Shown: piece after piece, positions 41,561-52,463 of the stretch | How the letters are laid out: every line of letters starts with the position of its first letter | How positions within the stretch are numbered: the first letter of the stretch is position 1 | Origin: a virus | Taxonomy: Duplodnaviria > Caudoviricetes | Virus record (IMG/VR): IMGVR_UViG_3300037067_004901 | Span: 32,001-96,000 of that record | Length of the DNA stretch: 64,000 nucleotides | Strand: one strand, 5' to 3' | The notes under the pieces: generated by a model | What the model was told of the DNA's origin: nothing | What the model saw: the letters and a program-made list of their open reading frames with translations, nothing else | Databases searched by the model: none | Program-made: the position numbers and the translations under genes

Positions 41561-41851
41561 ATGAGTGTATTAAAATATATAACGTATACGTCTAATGGAG
41601 TTGTAGTACAATCTGGTTCTGGCGTATCGGGTAAAGTATTTGTAGAACGTGCAAAGTTAATCGGCACCGGTAATTCTACACTCACGATTTATGATGGTGC
41701 TGATGCTACAAACGGTAGAATTATAGCATTATTAGCTTGTGTTGCGAATGGGGCAGATGAATCTTTTATTAATGAGCCGTGTATCGGTGGTGTGTTTCAA
41801 GTATTAACTACTGGTTCTGGATTAGCACAAGCTTTAATTTACGATAGATAA
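41561..41851 (+). CDS. Small beta-rich putative virion protein
   Basis: GGAGG SD; first gene before the portal. Confidence 0.55.
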   Translation: MSVLKYITYTSNGVVVQSGSGVSGKVFVERAKLIGTGNSTLTIYDGADATNGRIIALLACVANGADESFINEPCIGGVFQVLTTGSGLAQALIYDR

Positions 41852-41853
41852 TA

Positions 41854-43593
41854 ATGGCAAAAAAAATAATTAAAAAAAATGACTTAGAAGGTAATAGAGA
41901 AGTATTTGTTGATTTTGGGCATCGTGTTAAATATGGGTTAATGGATGCTCAAGAAGAACAACGATATGTTAAAGGCACTTTTTCTAAGTCTAATCGTTCT
42001 GATTATGCTAGAGTAATTGATATTCGCATACCACAAGGTTATCATGCGCAAGTCAAAAAAAGCTGGGAGATGTATGAACTCGACCGGCTTTTTCGTTATC
42101 TAATAGATAGACAAGTTGATTTTGCAGCCAATGGTTTTGAGTGGGAGTTAGCTTATCCAAAAGAACAAAAACAAGGTTGGTGGGATTTTGTTCAAAGTAT
42201 TATTGGTGGTAAAAATAAAATTGTAGAACAAATAGAAAATGAAAAATTATTTTGGGATGCTTGGTCTGCCACTATAAATAAAGATGTTCCGAATGTTCTA
42301 CCTGGATTAGATGAAGTTATAAAATGGATTTTTAAATCATTTAAATTAAATGCCATGGCTCCTATAAACTGGGAGTGGGGCACAATAGAAGTTGATAAAG
42401 TTACATACGAAGTTCCGATTAGAATGACTTTACAAAATGCATTATCTACTGTTTTAGTAAGAAAAACATCAAATTTTGTAGATGAACAATTTTGGTTAAA
42501 AATATCTTCGCAAGAAAACGTAACTGAATATAATAAAAATTCTACAGCAATTGCTAATAGTTTGTCTGAAACACCTACAGAAGAAAATCAGTATTGGCAT
42601 AGAATACCAATATTAAATGCTAGTGGTGAAGAAGATTCACCAGAACAAGGTTTTGTTTTAAAATATCAATGGTCTCCATCTGACAACACCGCTTTAAATC
42701 AAGGAAGAAACACTACAATTGGACAAGGACTATACCCAACCCCACCATATGTTGCACTATACGACGTTTTGATGCTTCGTCGTTCATTATCTGCTTCTGA
42801 TTTAGCAATTCTTGATGGTGTTATACATTATATACTTGATTGGAGTATTGGTGATGATACGGCAGATAAACAAGGTAGACTTGTTAATCAACCGCGTATA
42901 GCAAGAAAAGATGCAAGTGGAAATATAACTGAAAAATCATCGATACAACTTGCAAAAGAAGCTATTACTAATGATAATCGTGGACCTGTAATGCAAATAT
43001 TTCATCCTTATTATTACAAATTAGAAATTAAAGTTCCAGATGTTAAGTCATTGGTATCAGTCGAAAAATACACACACTCTACTTCTGAACTATATTCTTC
43101 ATTTGGAATTCTTATTGGACCAGTAAGTGCAAATAATAATTTTGATTCAATTAATATACAAAATTTTGAAGAAGAAATTGATGGTATGCGTAGATATGTT
43201 AAAAGATTTTTTGAATCTTTGTGTAGTGAAATAGTAAGAAGAAATGAAAAAAAACTTACTGTATTACCAAATATGATTTTTAATGTATTAAATACTAAAT
43301 TAGAAGCATTTAGAGAATCATTAATAAATCTTATGAAGATAGGGAAGGTGTCAACAAAGACATTATTACAAGCACATGATTTAGATGATAAAGTAGAAAT
43401 CATGCGTATAGGCAAAGAACTTGCTTCAGGTGAAAAAGAATTAACTGATAAAAATGTACCAATAAGTTATAAACAAGTAGCTGTTGGTCCAGATGGAGAA
43501 ATTGTTGAAAGTACAGTTTCTTCTGGGGCACAAGGTGGACGTCCAACAGGAAAGACTGGAAAAAATAAAACAAAGAAAGAATTGGAGGAATAA
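41854..43593 (+). CDS. Portal protein
   Basis: 579 aa, directly upstream of the protease/capsid genes; helical pattern and GGRP C-terminal tail common in portals. Confidence 0.7.
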   Translation: MAKKIIKKNDLEGNREVFVDFGHRVKYGLMDAQEEQRYVKGTFSKSNRSDYARVIDIRIPQGYHAQVKKSWEMYELDRLFRYLIDRQVDFAANGFEWELAYPKEQKQGWWDFVQSIIGGKNKIVEQIENEKLFWDAWSATINKDVPNVLPGLDEVIKWIFKSFKLNAMAPINWEWGTIEVDKVTYEVPIRMTLQNALSTVLVRKTSNFVDEQFWLKISSQENVTEYNKNSTAIANSLSETPTEENQYWHRIPILNASGEEDSPEQGFVLKYQWSPSDNTALNQGRNTTIGQGLYPTPPYVALYDVLMLRRSLSASDLAILDGVIHYILDWSIGDDTADKQGRLVNQPRIARKDASGNITEKSSIQLAKEAITNDNRGPVMQIFHPYYYKLEIKVPDVKSLVSVEKYTHSTSELYSSFGILIGPVSANNNFDSINIQNFEEEIDGMRRYVKRFFESLCSEIVRRNEKKLTVLPNMIFNVLNTKLEAFRESLINLMKIGKVSTKTLLQAHDLDDKVEIMRIGKELASGEKELTDKNVPISYKQVAVGPDGEIVESTVSSGAQGGRPTGKTGKNKTKKELEE

Positions 43594-44213
43594 TGGACGA
43601 GTTAAAAGTTACAGTTAAAATAACATCAGAAGAATTAAATGCATTGCAATTAAGAGAAGATATATTATTTAAAAAAGATTTAGAAAAAAAATTATTGCAA
43701 AATGAAAGAGATATGTATTGGATAACTTTGATAAAAAAATACAATCTAGATGAGAAGAAAACTTATTCTATTGATAAAGATGGGAACGTGATAGAGAAAA
43801 AAGATAAATAGCATAATAATTTTTTCTGTCTATAAAATATAGGTATATAATATTATGGCAAAAAATGGTAATAATAGTTCAAGTAGTAACAACAGTTCAG
43901 GAGGGTTGATATTTAGACTAGCAACTACATTAATTGGGTCATTATTAACTATTATAACAACATTAAGTTTATTTATTACGACCGGTATAAAAAGTGATGT
44001 TAAAGATATAGATGCAAAATTATTTTCACATTTGACAAATCATGATTTACATAGAATAGATGTAGTTTCAATGTCAGAATATAAAGTACAATTAGAAGCT
44101 AATCGAATTACACAAAATGAATTTGCTCAATGTATAAAGGAATTGAGAGCAACAACTTTAAAAGATAAAGAAATATTAAATGAATTACGTGTTAAGCAAG
44201 GTAAAGAATAATA

Positions 44214-45590
44214 TTGGGGGCGAATAACTTGACTATTGAAAAATATAAAATACCATTTGATGCACAATTAGATATTGCTAAAACATATGAGGATGCTGGT
44301 CAACAGTATGTAGAGGGTTATGCCGCTACGACAGATTATGACGACCAAGGCGACATAATTACTCCAGAAGCACTTAAACAATCAGAAGGTGATTTATTAG
44401 AACGTTCTACTGTATTGTTTAATCATGATAAAGAAAGACCGATTGGTAAAGTAGAAAAAGCAACGGGGGATAATAAAGGGCTTAAAATAAAAGTTCTAAT
44501 CTCTAAAGCTGAACCAGATATATGGCAAAAAATAAAGGAAGGAGTTATTAATAAATTTTCTATTCGTGGTGCTATTTTAGAAGCAAATAAAGAAAAAGTA
44601 AAACAATCTGGTAAAGAAATTTGGGCGAATATTATTAAAGCCATGAAACTTATAGAAGTTAGTATGGTATCTGTGCCGGCTAATTCTGAAGCAAAAGCAT
44701 TGTCTTGGTATATGTCTAAAGCTATAGAAGAAAGCACAAATAATGCAAATGATAAAGAAAATTTATTAAAAGAAATAGAAGATTATAAGAAAAAAATAGA
44801 AGTATTAGACAATATTATAAAAGAATTGAAAGGTTATAGTGTAGTCAATGGAGTTATGCAACCTACGTCTAGACTGCGTGCCTATGCTACACATATACTA
44901 GGACTGAAAGATTGTAAACTTGGGCAGAATATTAATATAAGTGCAAGTGGTTCTATAAAATCTCTAGAATCTGATGAATATTATGGGGATACTTGTCTTA
45001 TAGATATTAATAAAGGTGAATTAACGGAGGTGCAAAAAACAATGGCAGATATTAAGAAAAAAGATGGTACTGTATATACGCAAGAAGAAATAGATGCGTT
45101 AGAATCAAAATTGGTTTCTACAGCTAAAGAACTTGAAACTGCGAAAGCGGCTGATGCTACTGCGAAAGCAGAAATTGAATCAGCAAAAGTTGAAGCAAAG
45201 AAAAGTTTAGACGTTGTTGTTGCTGAAAAATCTAGCGCAGAAACTAAACTTGCTGATTTACAGAAAAAATTTGATGATGTCACGAAAGAACTTAATGATG
45301 CAAAAGCTAAACAAGCTGATGAAGATGTGAATAAGAAAGTTGATGTTAAATGGGCGGAATTAGAAGGAAAAGCTTATAAAAAAGAAGATTCTTCTATTAT
45401 TAAACCTATTTTAAAGAAAGGATTTTTAAGTCAAGCACTTACTCCTGAAGAAACTGATTCTTTAATCAGTAAAAAAATTCAAGGTAGTGTATTGAAACTT
45501 GGTTTCGAAGCAGTAGTTACAAAATCTATGTCGAAAGAACGTCATGATGAAATCGTAAAATATGCAGGAATCAAAGTAAAAAAACAATAG
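44214..45590 (+). CDS. HK97-type prohead protease fused to coiled-coil scaffold
   Basis: VEGYA, D..GDII, LFNH...PIG, FSIRG, EVSMVSVPAN; Ala/Lys/Glu coiled-coil C-terminal half. Confidence 0.9.
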   Translation: MGANNLTIEKYKIPFDAQLDIAKTYEDAGQQYVEGYAATTDYDDQGDIITPEALKQSEGDLLERSTVLFNHDKERPIGKVEKATGDNKGLKIKVLISKAEPDIWQKIKEGVINKFSIRGAILEANKEKVKQSGKEIWANIIKAMKLIEVSMVSVPANSEAKALSWYMSKAIEESTNNANDKENLLKEIEDYKKKIEVLDNIIKELKGYSVVNGVMQPTSRLRAYATHILGLKDCKLGQNINISASGSIKSLESDEYYGDTCLIDINKGELTEVQKTMADIKKKDGTVYTQEEIDALESKLVSTAKELETAKAADATAKAEIESAKVEAKKSLDVVVAEKSSAETKLADLQKKFDDVTKELNDAKAKQADEDVNKKVDVKWAELEGKAYKKEDSSIIKPILKKGFLSQALTPEETDSLISKKIQGSVLKLGFEAVVTKSMSKERHDEIVKYAGIKVKKQ

Positions 45591-45610
45591 ATTTTAGGAG
45601 GTGTTAACAA

Positions 45611-45982
45611 ATGTCTGATATAAATAGTTTAGAAAGAAGTTTTGGTGCGAAGATAGCTACTGGGGAATACACATCACCAGGTTGTTTACTTCACATCAAT
45701 AGTGGTGCTGGTACAGTTCAACCTGCTCTATCTCCTGGTCTGTGGGCACATGGAGTTGCAGTAGTTTCTGGTGCTGGTACTAAAACTGGTGGTATATCAC
45801 AATATGCTACGCTTGTAAGATGTGCCAGAGTAGTCAACTCTGATTGGAGTTGGTCGAAAGGTTCTCCAGTTTATTTGAGTACAACTGCTGGGCTGATTGC
45901 TCAAACTGGAACACAAAAAGTAGGTTTTGCTTTGGATTCTGATGAAGTATTCATTGATTTAGACTTACAAACAATAACATAA
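45611..45982 (+). CDS. Putative capsid decoration/cement protein
   Basis: G.PVYLS...G...VG pattern; lies between protease and capsid genes. Confidence 0.55.
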   Translation: MSDINSLERSFGAKIATGEYTSPGCLLHINSGAGTVQPALSPGLWAHGVAVVSGAGTKTGGISQYATLVRCARVVNSDWSWSKGSPVYLSTTAGLIAQTGTQKVGFALDSDEVFIDLDLQTIT

Positions 45983-46008
45983 TATTATATATAATGGAGG
46001 TGAATTAA

Positions 46009-47043
46009 ATGGCTGTTGAAAATAGAGGTTTCACAACTACTGATGGGATAGATATAAATGAAGTATATTACAACACAGTTCTACCTATCATCGACATATA
46101 TAATGCAGAAGAAGTATTAGATATTCGTACGATGGTTTGTATAGACGGTGATGAATCATATTATAAATTTCCTGTCAATACTGCGAAATGGAAATTCCAA
46201 AAACTAGGTGAAGTTGAAAAACCAACTTCTCATAAATTAGTTTGGGGGAAAAGACAAAAAGATACCGAAAAATATGGTCTTGGTATAACTTATACTTTTG
46301 ATTGGTTAATGAGCGAACAAGCAAGTTCTGACCAGATAGCAAGAATGGCTGCAAAAGCTGTTGCTACTGATAGAGACTTACAAACCGCTGTTATCATAGA
46401 AAATTGCTTAAAAAGCGCAAGTTCGGATGGATTTTACGCTGGTGCAAGTTATTATGATACCAATGAAAAACAAGATAGACCTCAACCATATGGTAATAAT
46501 GTCTTCTTGACTACACATACTCACTATAATGCGACTGGCTCTGCAACGTTAAGAGTTTCTGACTTAACTGCGGCAAAAGAACATTTGAAAGAGCATGGAT
46601 GGGGTGCACCATTTGTAGGATTCTGTAATGCAGATTTCATAAAAAAGCTAGAAGATTTAATTGGTCTGTTCATTACAACTACTGCAAATTATGCAAGTTT
46701 GGGTCAAGCAATACCTGACCAAACAATGAGAGAAGGTTTCAAAGGTAGTCTACTTGGAATAAACTGGGTTGAAACAGAATGGATGCCCGATGATTATTTC
46801 TTAATCATAGCATCGAAAGCTGGAGAAGACAAACCAGTAAGATTTATCCAAAAAAAGAATCCATCTGCACAAGGATTGATTCTTGTTCCTGGTAGTTATA
46901 ATGTGCAATATCCATTAATCGAAGCATCTTATTTAAGATGGTTCACAACACAAGTATTATACAGAGCCGCTGGATACGTAGGTTATATTACTGCGAGTTC
47001 ATATTCTGACCCTGATTTAATATCTAATGTTGTAGACACTTAA
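46009..47043 (+). CDS. Major capsid protein
   Basis: 344 aa, GGAGGTG SD, position after protease/decoration gene, followed by strong hairpin. Confidence 0.75.
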   Translation: MAVENRGFTTTDGIDINEVYYNTVLPIIDIYNAEEVLDIRTMVCIDGDESYYKFPVNTAKWKFQKLGEVEKPTSHKLVWGKRQKDTEKYGLGITYTFDWLMSEQASSDQIARMAAKAVATDRDLQTAVIIENCLKSASSDGFYAGASYYDTNEKQDRPQPYGNNVFLTTHTHYNATGSATLRVSDLTAAKEHLKEHGWGAPFVGFCNADFIKKLEDLIGLFITTTANYASLGQAIPDQTMREGFKGSLLGINWVETEWMPDDYFLIIASKAGEDKPVRFIQKKNPSAQGLILVPGSYNVQYPLIEASYLRWFTTQVLYRAAGYVGYITASSYSDPDLISNVVDT

Positions 47044-47074
47044 TTAAGTTGAATAGATTGTAAGATATAAAAAT

Positions 47075-47114
47075 TATACCGGGTACGGGATAAAATCTCG
47101 TCCCGGTATACTTT
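47075..47114 (+). terminator. Stem-loop after the capsid gene
   Basis: TATACCGGG.ACGGGA-loop-TCTCGTCCCGGTATA. Confidence 0.65.
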
Positions 47115-47562
47115 AAAAGATAGGGGGATTGAAAATGGCTAAAAAATATAGAATAATTTCGGGTTTCACTTATAAGGGTGAAGATGGTAAAGCAAAACAA
47201 GAAAAATGGGTTAGAATAGGTCCCGGTGAAGAGGTACCAAAATTAAATAGTGATGAATTAAATAAATTTATTTCACAAGAAAAAATAGCAGAAATTAGCG
47301 CAGAAACTGGTGAAGTTATACAAACAAAAAAAGTTACTACTCTTAATGATATAGAAATGGAAAGATTTATTAGAAAAAGTACACCATCTATTTTAGCGGC
47401 GTTACAAACTGATGAATTCTCTATTGAAACATTAGGTAAAATGATTATTATAGCTGAAAGAGAAAAATTAGATAATAGAATTAAAACAGCATTAGAAGAA
47501 AAACTAAATAAAAAAGTTTCTGCTTAATATAAAATTTTTAGATAGAAAGAAGGAGAGTATAT

Positions 47563-49815
47563 ATGAGTAAAAAAAAGTTATTGATTATTTCTGATTCTCC
47601 AACATTGACAACAGGTTTAGGTAGAATTTGTAGAGAAATAGCAACTCGGCTCTTTGACAAATATGATTTAGCTGTGGCTGGTTGGCATCAGCAACCAGTA
47701 AAACATCAATTTCCATTTTTTATTTATCCATTTACTAAAACATTAGCATTTGAAACTGAAAATCAATTACGTTCTATTGTGCAGGATTTTTCACCAGATA
47801 TAGTGCTTTGCATAGGAGATATTTGGGATTTTATACCAGCGAGTAGAGTATTTGCGCAATGTAGAGATGTTAATGAAAATTTTAAAGCTATTCTATGGGT
47901 AACAGTAGATGGTGAGTGGATAGAGCTAAGTTGGAGTGATATATTAAGACAATTTGATTCTGTTGCATCTATGTCTCAATTTGGTGTAAAAGAAATAAAA
48001 AAAATATCACCGCGTTTTAAAGATATTGTTATTTATCCTGGATTAGATAAAAATACATTCAAATCATTAAATGCTAATTTAAATGTAAAAGAAATTAATT
48101 TAGATATTAACAATACTTTTACAATACTAAATATTGGTCAAAATTGCGATAGAAAAAACATTCCAGCTACAATAGATGCTTTTGCGGAATTTCAAAAAAA
48201 TAAAAAAGATACTTTTTTATTTTTAGGAACAGACCCAGAATCATCAACAGGTCACAATTTATGGGCTATTATCAAACGTAATAAATTAGAACGTAATGTT
48301 ACTGTAGTTAAAAATATTAAACCTATACAAGGTATAGAAGATAATAGATTAAATTTACTTTATAATATATGTAAAGTAAATATTAATTCTTCTATAGGTG
48401 AAGGACTTTGTTTACCAATTTTAGAAGGCATGTCGTCAGGATGTATACCTATTGTAACAGATTATGCGGCCACACCAGAGTTAGTTGAAAAATGCGGTTT
48501 AAAAATCAAAGTTTCAGAATTTATATATGGTGCATATGGTGTAGTTAGAGCTGTAATATCAAAAAAAGACTTAATAGAAAAACTTGAAATTTTATATTCT
48601 GACTGGAAAAAATATAAAGATTTACCAAATAAAGAAGATAGTTTATATTTTTCTCTAAAAGATAAATGTAAAAAAGAAGTTTCAAAATATACATGGGAAG
48701 AAACAGTAAAACAAATTTCAGAGTTAATAGAAGACACATGCGAAAACAAAAAGAATAGAGAGTTTTTAAAATCTTCGATTAAAATAGAAGACTTAAAACT
48801 TTTAATGGTTATACCATCATGGGGAAAAAATTGTGGTATAGCTGAATATACTAAGCAACTTGGTGAAAGTATGGAAAAAAATGGAACAAAAGTTTCCATT
48901 TATAGTAACAATAATTTAAAAGATTTAATACCGCACTTGAGTAAATTCAATTGCATTTATATACAACATGAATATTCGTTCTTTCAAAACAGAACAGATT
49001 TAGAAGAATTTTTAGATAAGGCACGAGAATCGAAAGTCAAAACAGTAATATTAATGCACACGTTTGCACCACTATACCCATATTTAAACATGGTAATAGA
49101 TAAAGCAGATGCTGTAATATTTCATAATGAGACATTCAAAAAATTTGCTATGAAACAGCGTATTGATGCAAAAAATGTGCATGTCGTATCGATGGGTTGT
49201 TATGCTAAATTTATAGAAGATAACACAGAAATAAAAAATAAATTAAATATTTCTGATAAATACCCAATAATTGGTTCTTTCGGATTTTTACGTGACCAAA
49301 AGGGATATAACGAACTTGTCTTAGCTGTAAAAGCTATGAAAGAAAAATATCCTAATATTCTTTGTCTAATAGTTGCTCCACCGCATGAGTTTGGTAGCAA
49401 GTCATATGATGAGACGTTCTTTAGATTTATCGAAGATGAGCAAATGCAGAGTAATGTTTTATTAATAAGAGAGTATCTTGATGATGCAAAATTATTAAAA
49501 ACATTAAACGCGTGTGACTTATTCGTATTGAATTATAAAGATAACCCAACAATGGGTGGAAATTCTGCGGCTTGTAAGACATTATTGAGATTATGTAAAC
49601 CAATAATAGTACCAAATGGTATAGCATTTCTTGATATGCAAGATGAAGTTTATAAAGTTAATAATTTAAATAAACAACTCATTATACAAAGCGTAGATAA
49701 AATATTAGAAAATAAAGAATTACAAAATAAGATTTCCCAAAACGCTGAGGCGTTTTTAAATAAGAATGATTGGTTGAATGTTGCAAAATCGCATTTAGCG
49801 ATTTGCAAAGAATAA
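47563..49815 (+). CDS. Double-domain GT-B (GT4-like) glycosyltransferase
   Basis: SDSPTLTTGLG, RKNI, GEGLCLPILEGM in domain 1; CGIAEYT, FGFL...KG in domain 2. Confidence 0.9.
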   Translation: MSKKKLLIISDSPTLTTGLGRICREIATRLFDKYDLAVAGWHQQPVKHQFPFFIYPFTKTLAFETENQLRSIVQDFSPDIVLCIGDIWDFIPASRVFAQCRDVNENFKAILWVTVDGEWIELSWSDILRQFDSVASMSQFGVKEIKKISPRFKDIVIYPGLDKNTFKSLNANLNVKEINLDINNTFTILNIGQNCDRKNIPATIDAFAEFQKNKKDTFLFLGTDPESSTGHNLWAIIKRNKLERNVTVVKNIKPIQGIEDNRLNLLYNICKVNINSSIGEGLCLPILEGMSSGCIPIVTDYAATPELVEKCGLKIKVSEFIYGAYGVVRAVISKKDLIEKLEILYSDWKKYKDLPNKEDSLYFSLKDKCKKEVSKYTWEETVKQISELIEDTCENKKNREFLKSSIKIEDLKLLMVIPSWGKNCGIAEYTKQLGESMEKNGTKVSIYSNNNLKDLIPHLSKFNCIYIQHEYSFFQNRTDLEEFLDKARESKVKTVILMHTFAPLYPYLNMVIDKADAVIFHNETFKKFAMKQRIDAKNVHVVSMGCYAKFIEDNTEIKNKLNISDKYPIIGSFGFLRDQKGYNELVLAVKAMKEKYPNILCLIVAPPHEFGSKSYDETFFRFIEDEQMQSNVLLIREYLDDAKLLKTLNACDLFVLNYKDNPTMGGNSAACKTLLRLCKPIIVPNGIAFLDMQDEVYKVNNLNKQLIIQSVDKILENKELQNKISQNAEAFLNKNDWLNVAKSHLAICKE

Positions 49816-49837
49816 AGACAGATAGGAGGTTTATTTT

Positions 49838-50806
49838 ATGGAACATAAAATTTCCATAGGTGTGCCAACCTACAATGACTTTATGCGAGTTAACAATTTG
49901 TTAACGAGTATCTTCTTATTTACTCCTACCAAATTTAACTTCAAAGTCGTCGTATTAGATGATGGAACACCAGATAAAGAATGTGTACAAAAACTAAAAG
50001 AAGTATGCGATTCATTTGGTGTGCATTTCATAGAGCATGAATCAAATAAAGGCATACCTGTAAGTTGGAATGATTTAACAAAGACATACGATGATTGTGA
50101 TATACAAATATTATTTAATGATGATATTTGTATTAATGATAAGAATTGGTTAGATTCTGTCATTTATTTCTTTGACAATAACGAAAATGTTGGTAGTATT
50201 GGTTGGAATCTAATACAAATAGACCCAAATACAAGCTCACCAAATAAGAATTATAGTTTACCAAACTATGATGTTCCACCAGGTAGGGTGGGTAGCCCTG
50301 TTGGTTGTTGCTTTGCTTTTTTACGAGAACACTGGAAACAAGTAACATATCCTGATGGGTCATATGGATTCCCAGAGTTAATACGAAGTTTTTATGAAGA
50401 AACTTGGTTTAACTTCGAACAATGGAAACGTGGGTGGTGGTCTTTTCACGTACCTTATCCAGCTCAAGAACACTGGGGTTCGCAGACATTTGGGAAAAAT
50501 GCGATTCTTGCTGTAACTGAATTTAATGATTATCTTAAAAAAGAAGAATATATAAATATTATTAAAAATTGTCCTAGCAAGATGTCTTTGACAATAGAAC
50601 AGCATGTCGAATTAGCTGAAAAACACAACTTAGCTTATCGCATGGATTATTCACGCGCTATATTTGCTAAATATTGGGGTGTAGAAGATTTTTGGCATGT
50701 ACCACAAGTAAAAGTGCATGATGAGATATTAAAAATTAATGATTTTGCAAGACGTAAAATAAAATATCTTGATAAGAATATGAAAGAATGTGAGGTCGAT
50801 GCATGA
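49838..50806 (+). CDS. GT2 glycosyltransferase
   Basis: ISIGVPTYN, VLDDGT, N.G....WN, FNDD. Confidence 0.88.
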   Translation: MEHKISIGVPTYNDFMRVNNLLTSIFLFTPTKFNFKVVVLDDGTPDKECVQKLKEVCDSFGVHFIEHESNKGIPVSWNDLTKTYDDCDIQILFNDDICINDKNWLDSVIYFFDNNENVGSIGWNLIQIDPNTSSPNKNYSLPNYDVPPGRVGSPVGCCFAFLREHWKQVTYPDGSYGFPELIRSFYEETWFNFEQWKRGWWSFHVPYPAQEHWGSQTFGKNAILAVTEFNDYLKKEEYINIIKNCPSKMSLTIEQHVELAEKHNLAYRMDYSRAIFAKYWGVEDFWHVPQVKVHDEILKINDFARRKIKYLDKNMKECEVDA

Positions 50807-51822
50807 AGATATTATATTTAGTTGACCCACAACAAGATTATTTAACATCAATGATTTTTGATGGTTTGTGTTCTTTGATAAAAGAAGAAAATGTGTATGT
50901 ATATCCAATGTTAAAACGTTGGAAATATGGTACTACTGACGATTGGTATATTTTACCAGATGGCAAAAAAGGTTGGACAGGTAAATCTGATTATGAACCA
51001 ATACGAGCAAATTTGCCAGAATTGACTTTAGATGAAATATGTGCACATATTGAAGAATTCGACTACATTATACTTTGTAGCCCAAGAGAATATGTAATTA
51101 AATCTTTTCGATATATTCGTGATAAATTAGGAATATTAACCAATAAGGTCGCATTTTTAGATGGAGAAGATGGTAATAATATACACACAGAATTGATTGA
51201 TATATTTCAACCGAATTATTTATTCAAGAGAGAAATATTTTATGATGCTCAATATAAAAATAAAAAAATATATCCGTTACCATTTTCATCGTTTGCTTTA
51301 AATTTATATATAAATAGTGATAGTATAAAAACATTAAATGTCTTTGGAGTATTTGGCAATACAAATTATTTAAGAGTGAGATTAGTAGAAGAATTTCATA
51401 GATTAAATATTGATAAAAGTATTGTTGATATAGATTCGGGGGCTACTATAGACAGCGATAAAGCTAGATATGGTAAAATGTCATATAATGATTATATGCA
51501 AAAGATTGCTTCTTCAAAAATAGGGCTCTCGTGCATAGGACATGGAAAAGATTGTGTTCGTTATTGGGAGATACCATCATATAGAACGATGATGATGTGC
51601 GTTAATCCTAAAATTGTTATACCTTTTCCATTTAAAGATAGAGAGACGGCAGTATTTATTAAAGAAGATTTATCAAATTTACGAGAACTTTTAGAATACT
51701 ATTTGTCTCATGATGATGAACGCAAAGCAATAGCGCAAGCAGGACATGAACATCTAATGAAATATCATACTAATAAAAAAAGAGTGCAATATATGCTAGA
51801 TATTATGGAGGCAAATGCATGA
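50803..51822 (+). CDS. CgeB/Glyco_trans_1_2-type glycosyltransferase
   Basis: RYWEI, IAQAGHEHLMKYHT. Confidence 0.8.
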   Translation: MKILYLVDPQQDYLTSMIFDGLCSLIKEENVYVYPMLKRWKYGTTDDWYILPDGKKGWTGKSDYEPIRANLPELTLDEICAHIEEFDYIILCSPREYVIKSFRYIRDKLGILTNKVAFLDGEDGNNIHTELIDIFQPNYLFKREIFYDAQYKNKKIYPLPFSSFALNLYINSDSIKTLNVFGVFGNTNYLRVRLVEEFHRLNIDKSIVDIDSGATIDSDKARYGKMSYNDYMQKIASSKIGLSCIGHGKDCVRYWEIPSYRTMMMCVNPKIVIPFPFKDRETAVFIKEDLSNLRELLEYYLSHDDERKAIAQAGHEHLMKYHTNKKRVQYMLDIMEANA

Positions 51823-52463
51823 AAGTTATAAATTTTGATAGATGTGAATTGGCAGATACTTTACAAAAACGAAGCGAAGAAGATAGACAACGTATTCAAA
51901 AAATAATAAAAAAAATAGATGAAACTCGTAATATTGGATGGTGGGATTCAACAGAAGTTTATGAGTTTGTTAATAGAAATATAATATCTCGTGCTCAACG
52001 TGATACAATGGCCTATATGGTACAAGCATTATGCAAACATCTAGGTGTCGGTATTGGTGTTGGTGGAACACCAATTGCAAACGTATTGAGTGTCAACACA
52101 AAAGAATGTGACGTTATAGTAACAGATTATCATTTACCATTTGAAGATGAAAGTGTTGGATATATTATAAGTAATCATACATTAGAACATATACCAGAAA
52201 CAGATGAAACGTTACAAGAATGGGCACGAGTATTGAAAACAGATGGTTTAATATCGATTACAATGCCAGATAAAAGATATTTTTTACATCAAAACGAAGA
52301 AGGAATTAGCAAATATGATTATGCATATTGTGAGATGGATCCAAGTGAATTAAAGATACATTTAGAAAAAATATCAGATAAATTAGAATTGTTACTTTTT
52401 AATACAAATAATAATAATTTTGATATGAATGTATTGTTAAGAAAGAAAGGAGTAACAAAATGA
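51819..52463 (+). CDS. SAM-dependent methyltransferase (degenerate motif I)
   Basis: LPFEDES, HTLEHI, EWARVLK..G. Confidence 0.75.
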   Translation: MKVINFDRCELADTLQKRSEEDRQRIQKIIKKIDETRNIGWWDSTEVYEFVNRNIISRAQRDTMAYMVQALCKHLGVGIGVGGTPIANVLSVNTKECDVIVTDYHLPFEDESVGYIISNHTLEHIPETDETLQEWARVLKTDGLISITMPDKRYFLHQNEEGISKYDYAYCEMDPSELKIHLEKISDKLELLLFNTNNNNFDMNVLLRKKGVTK

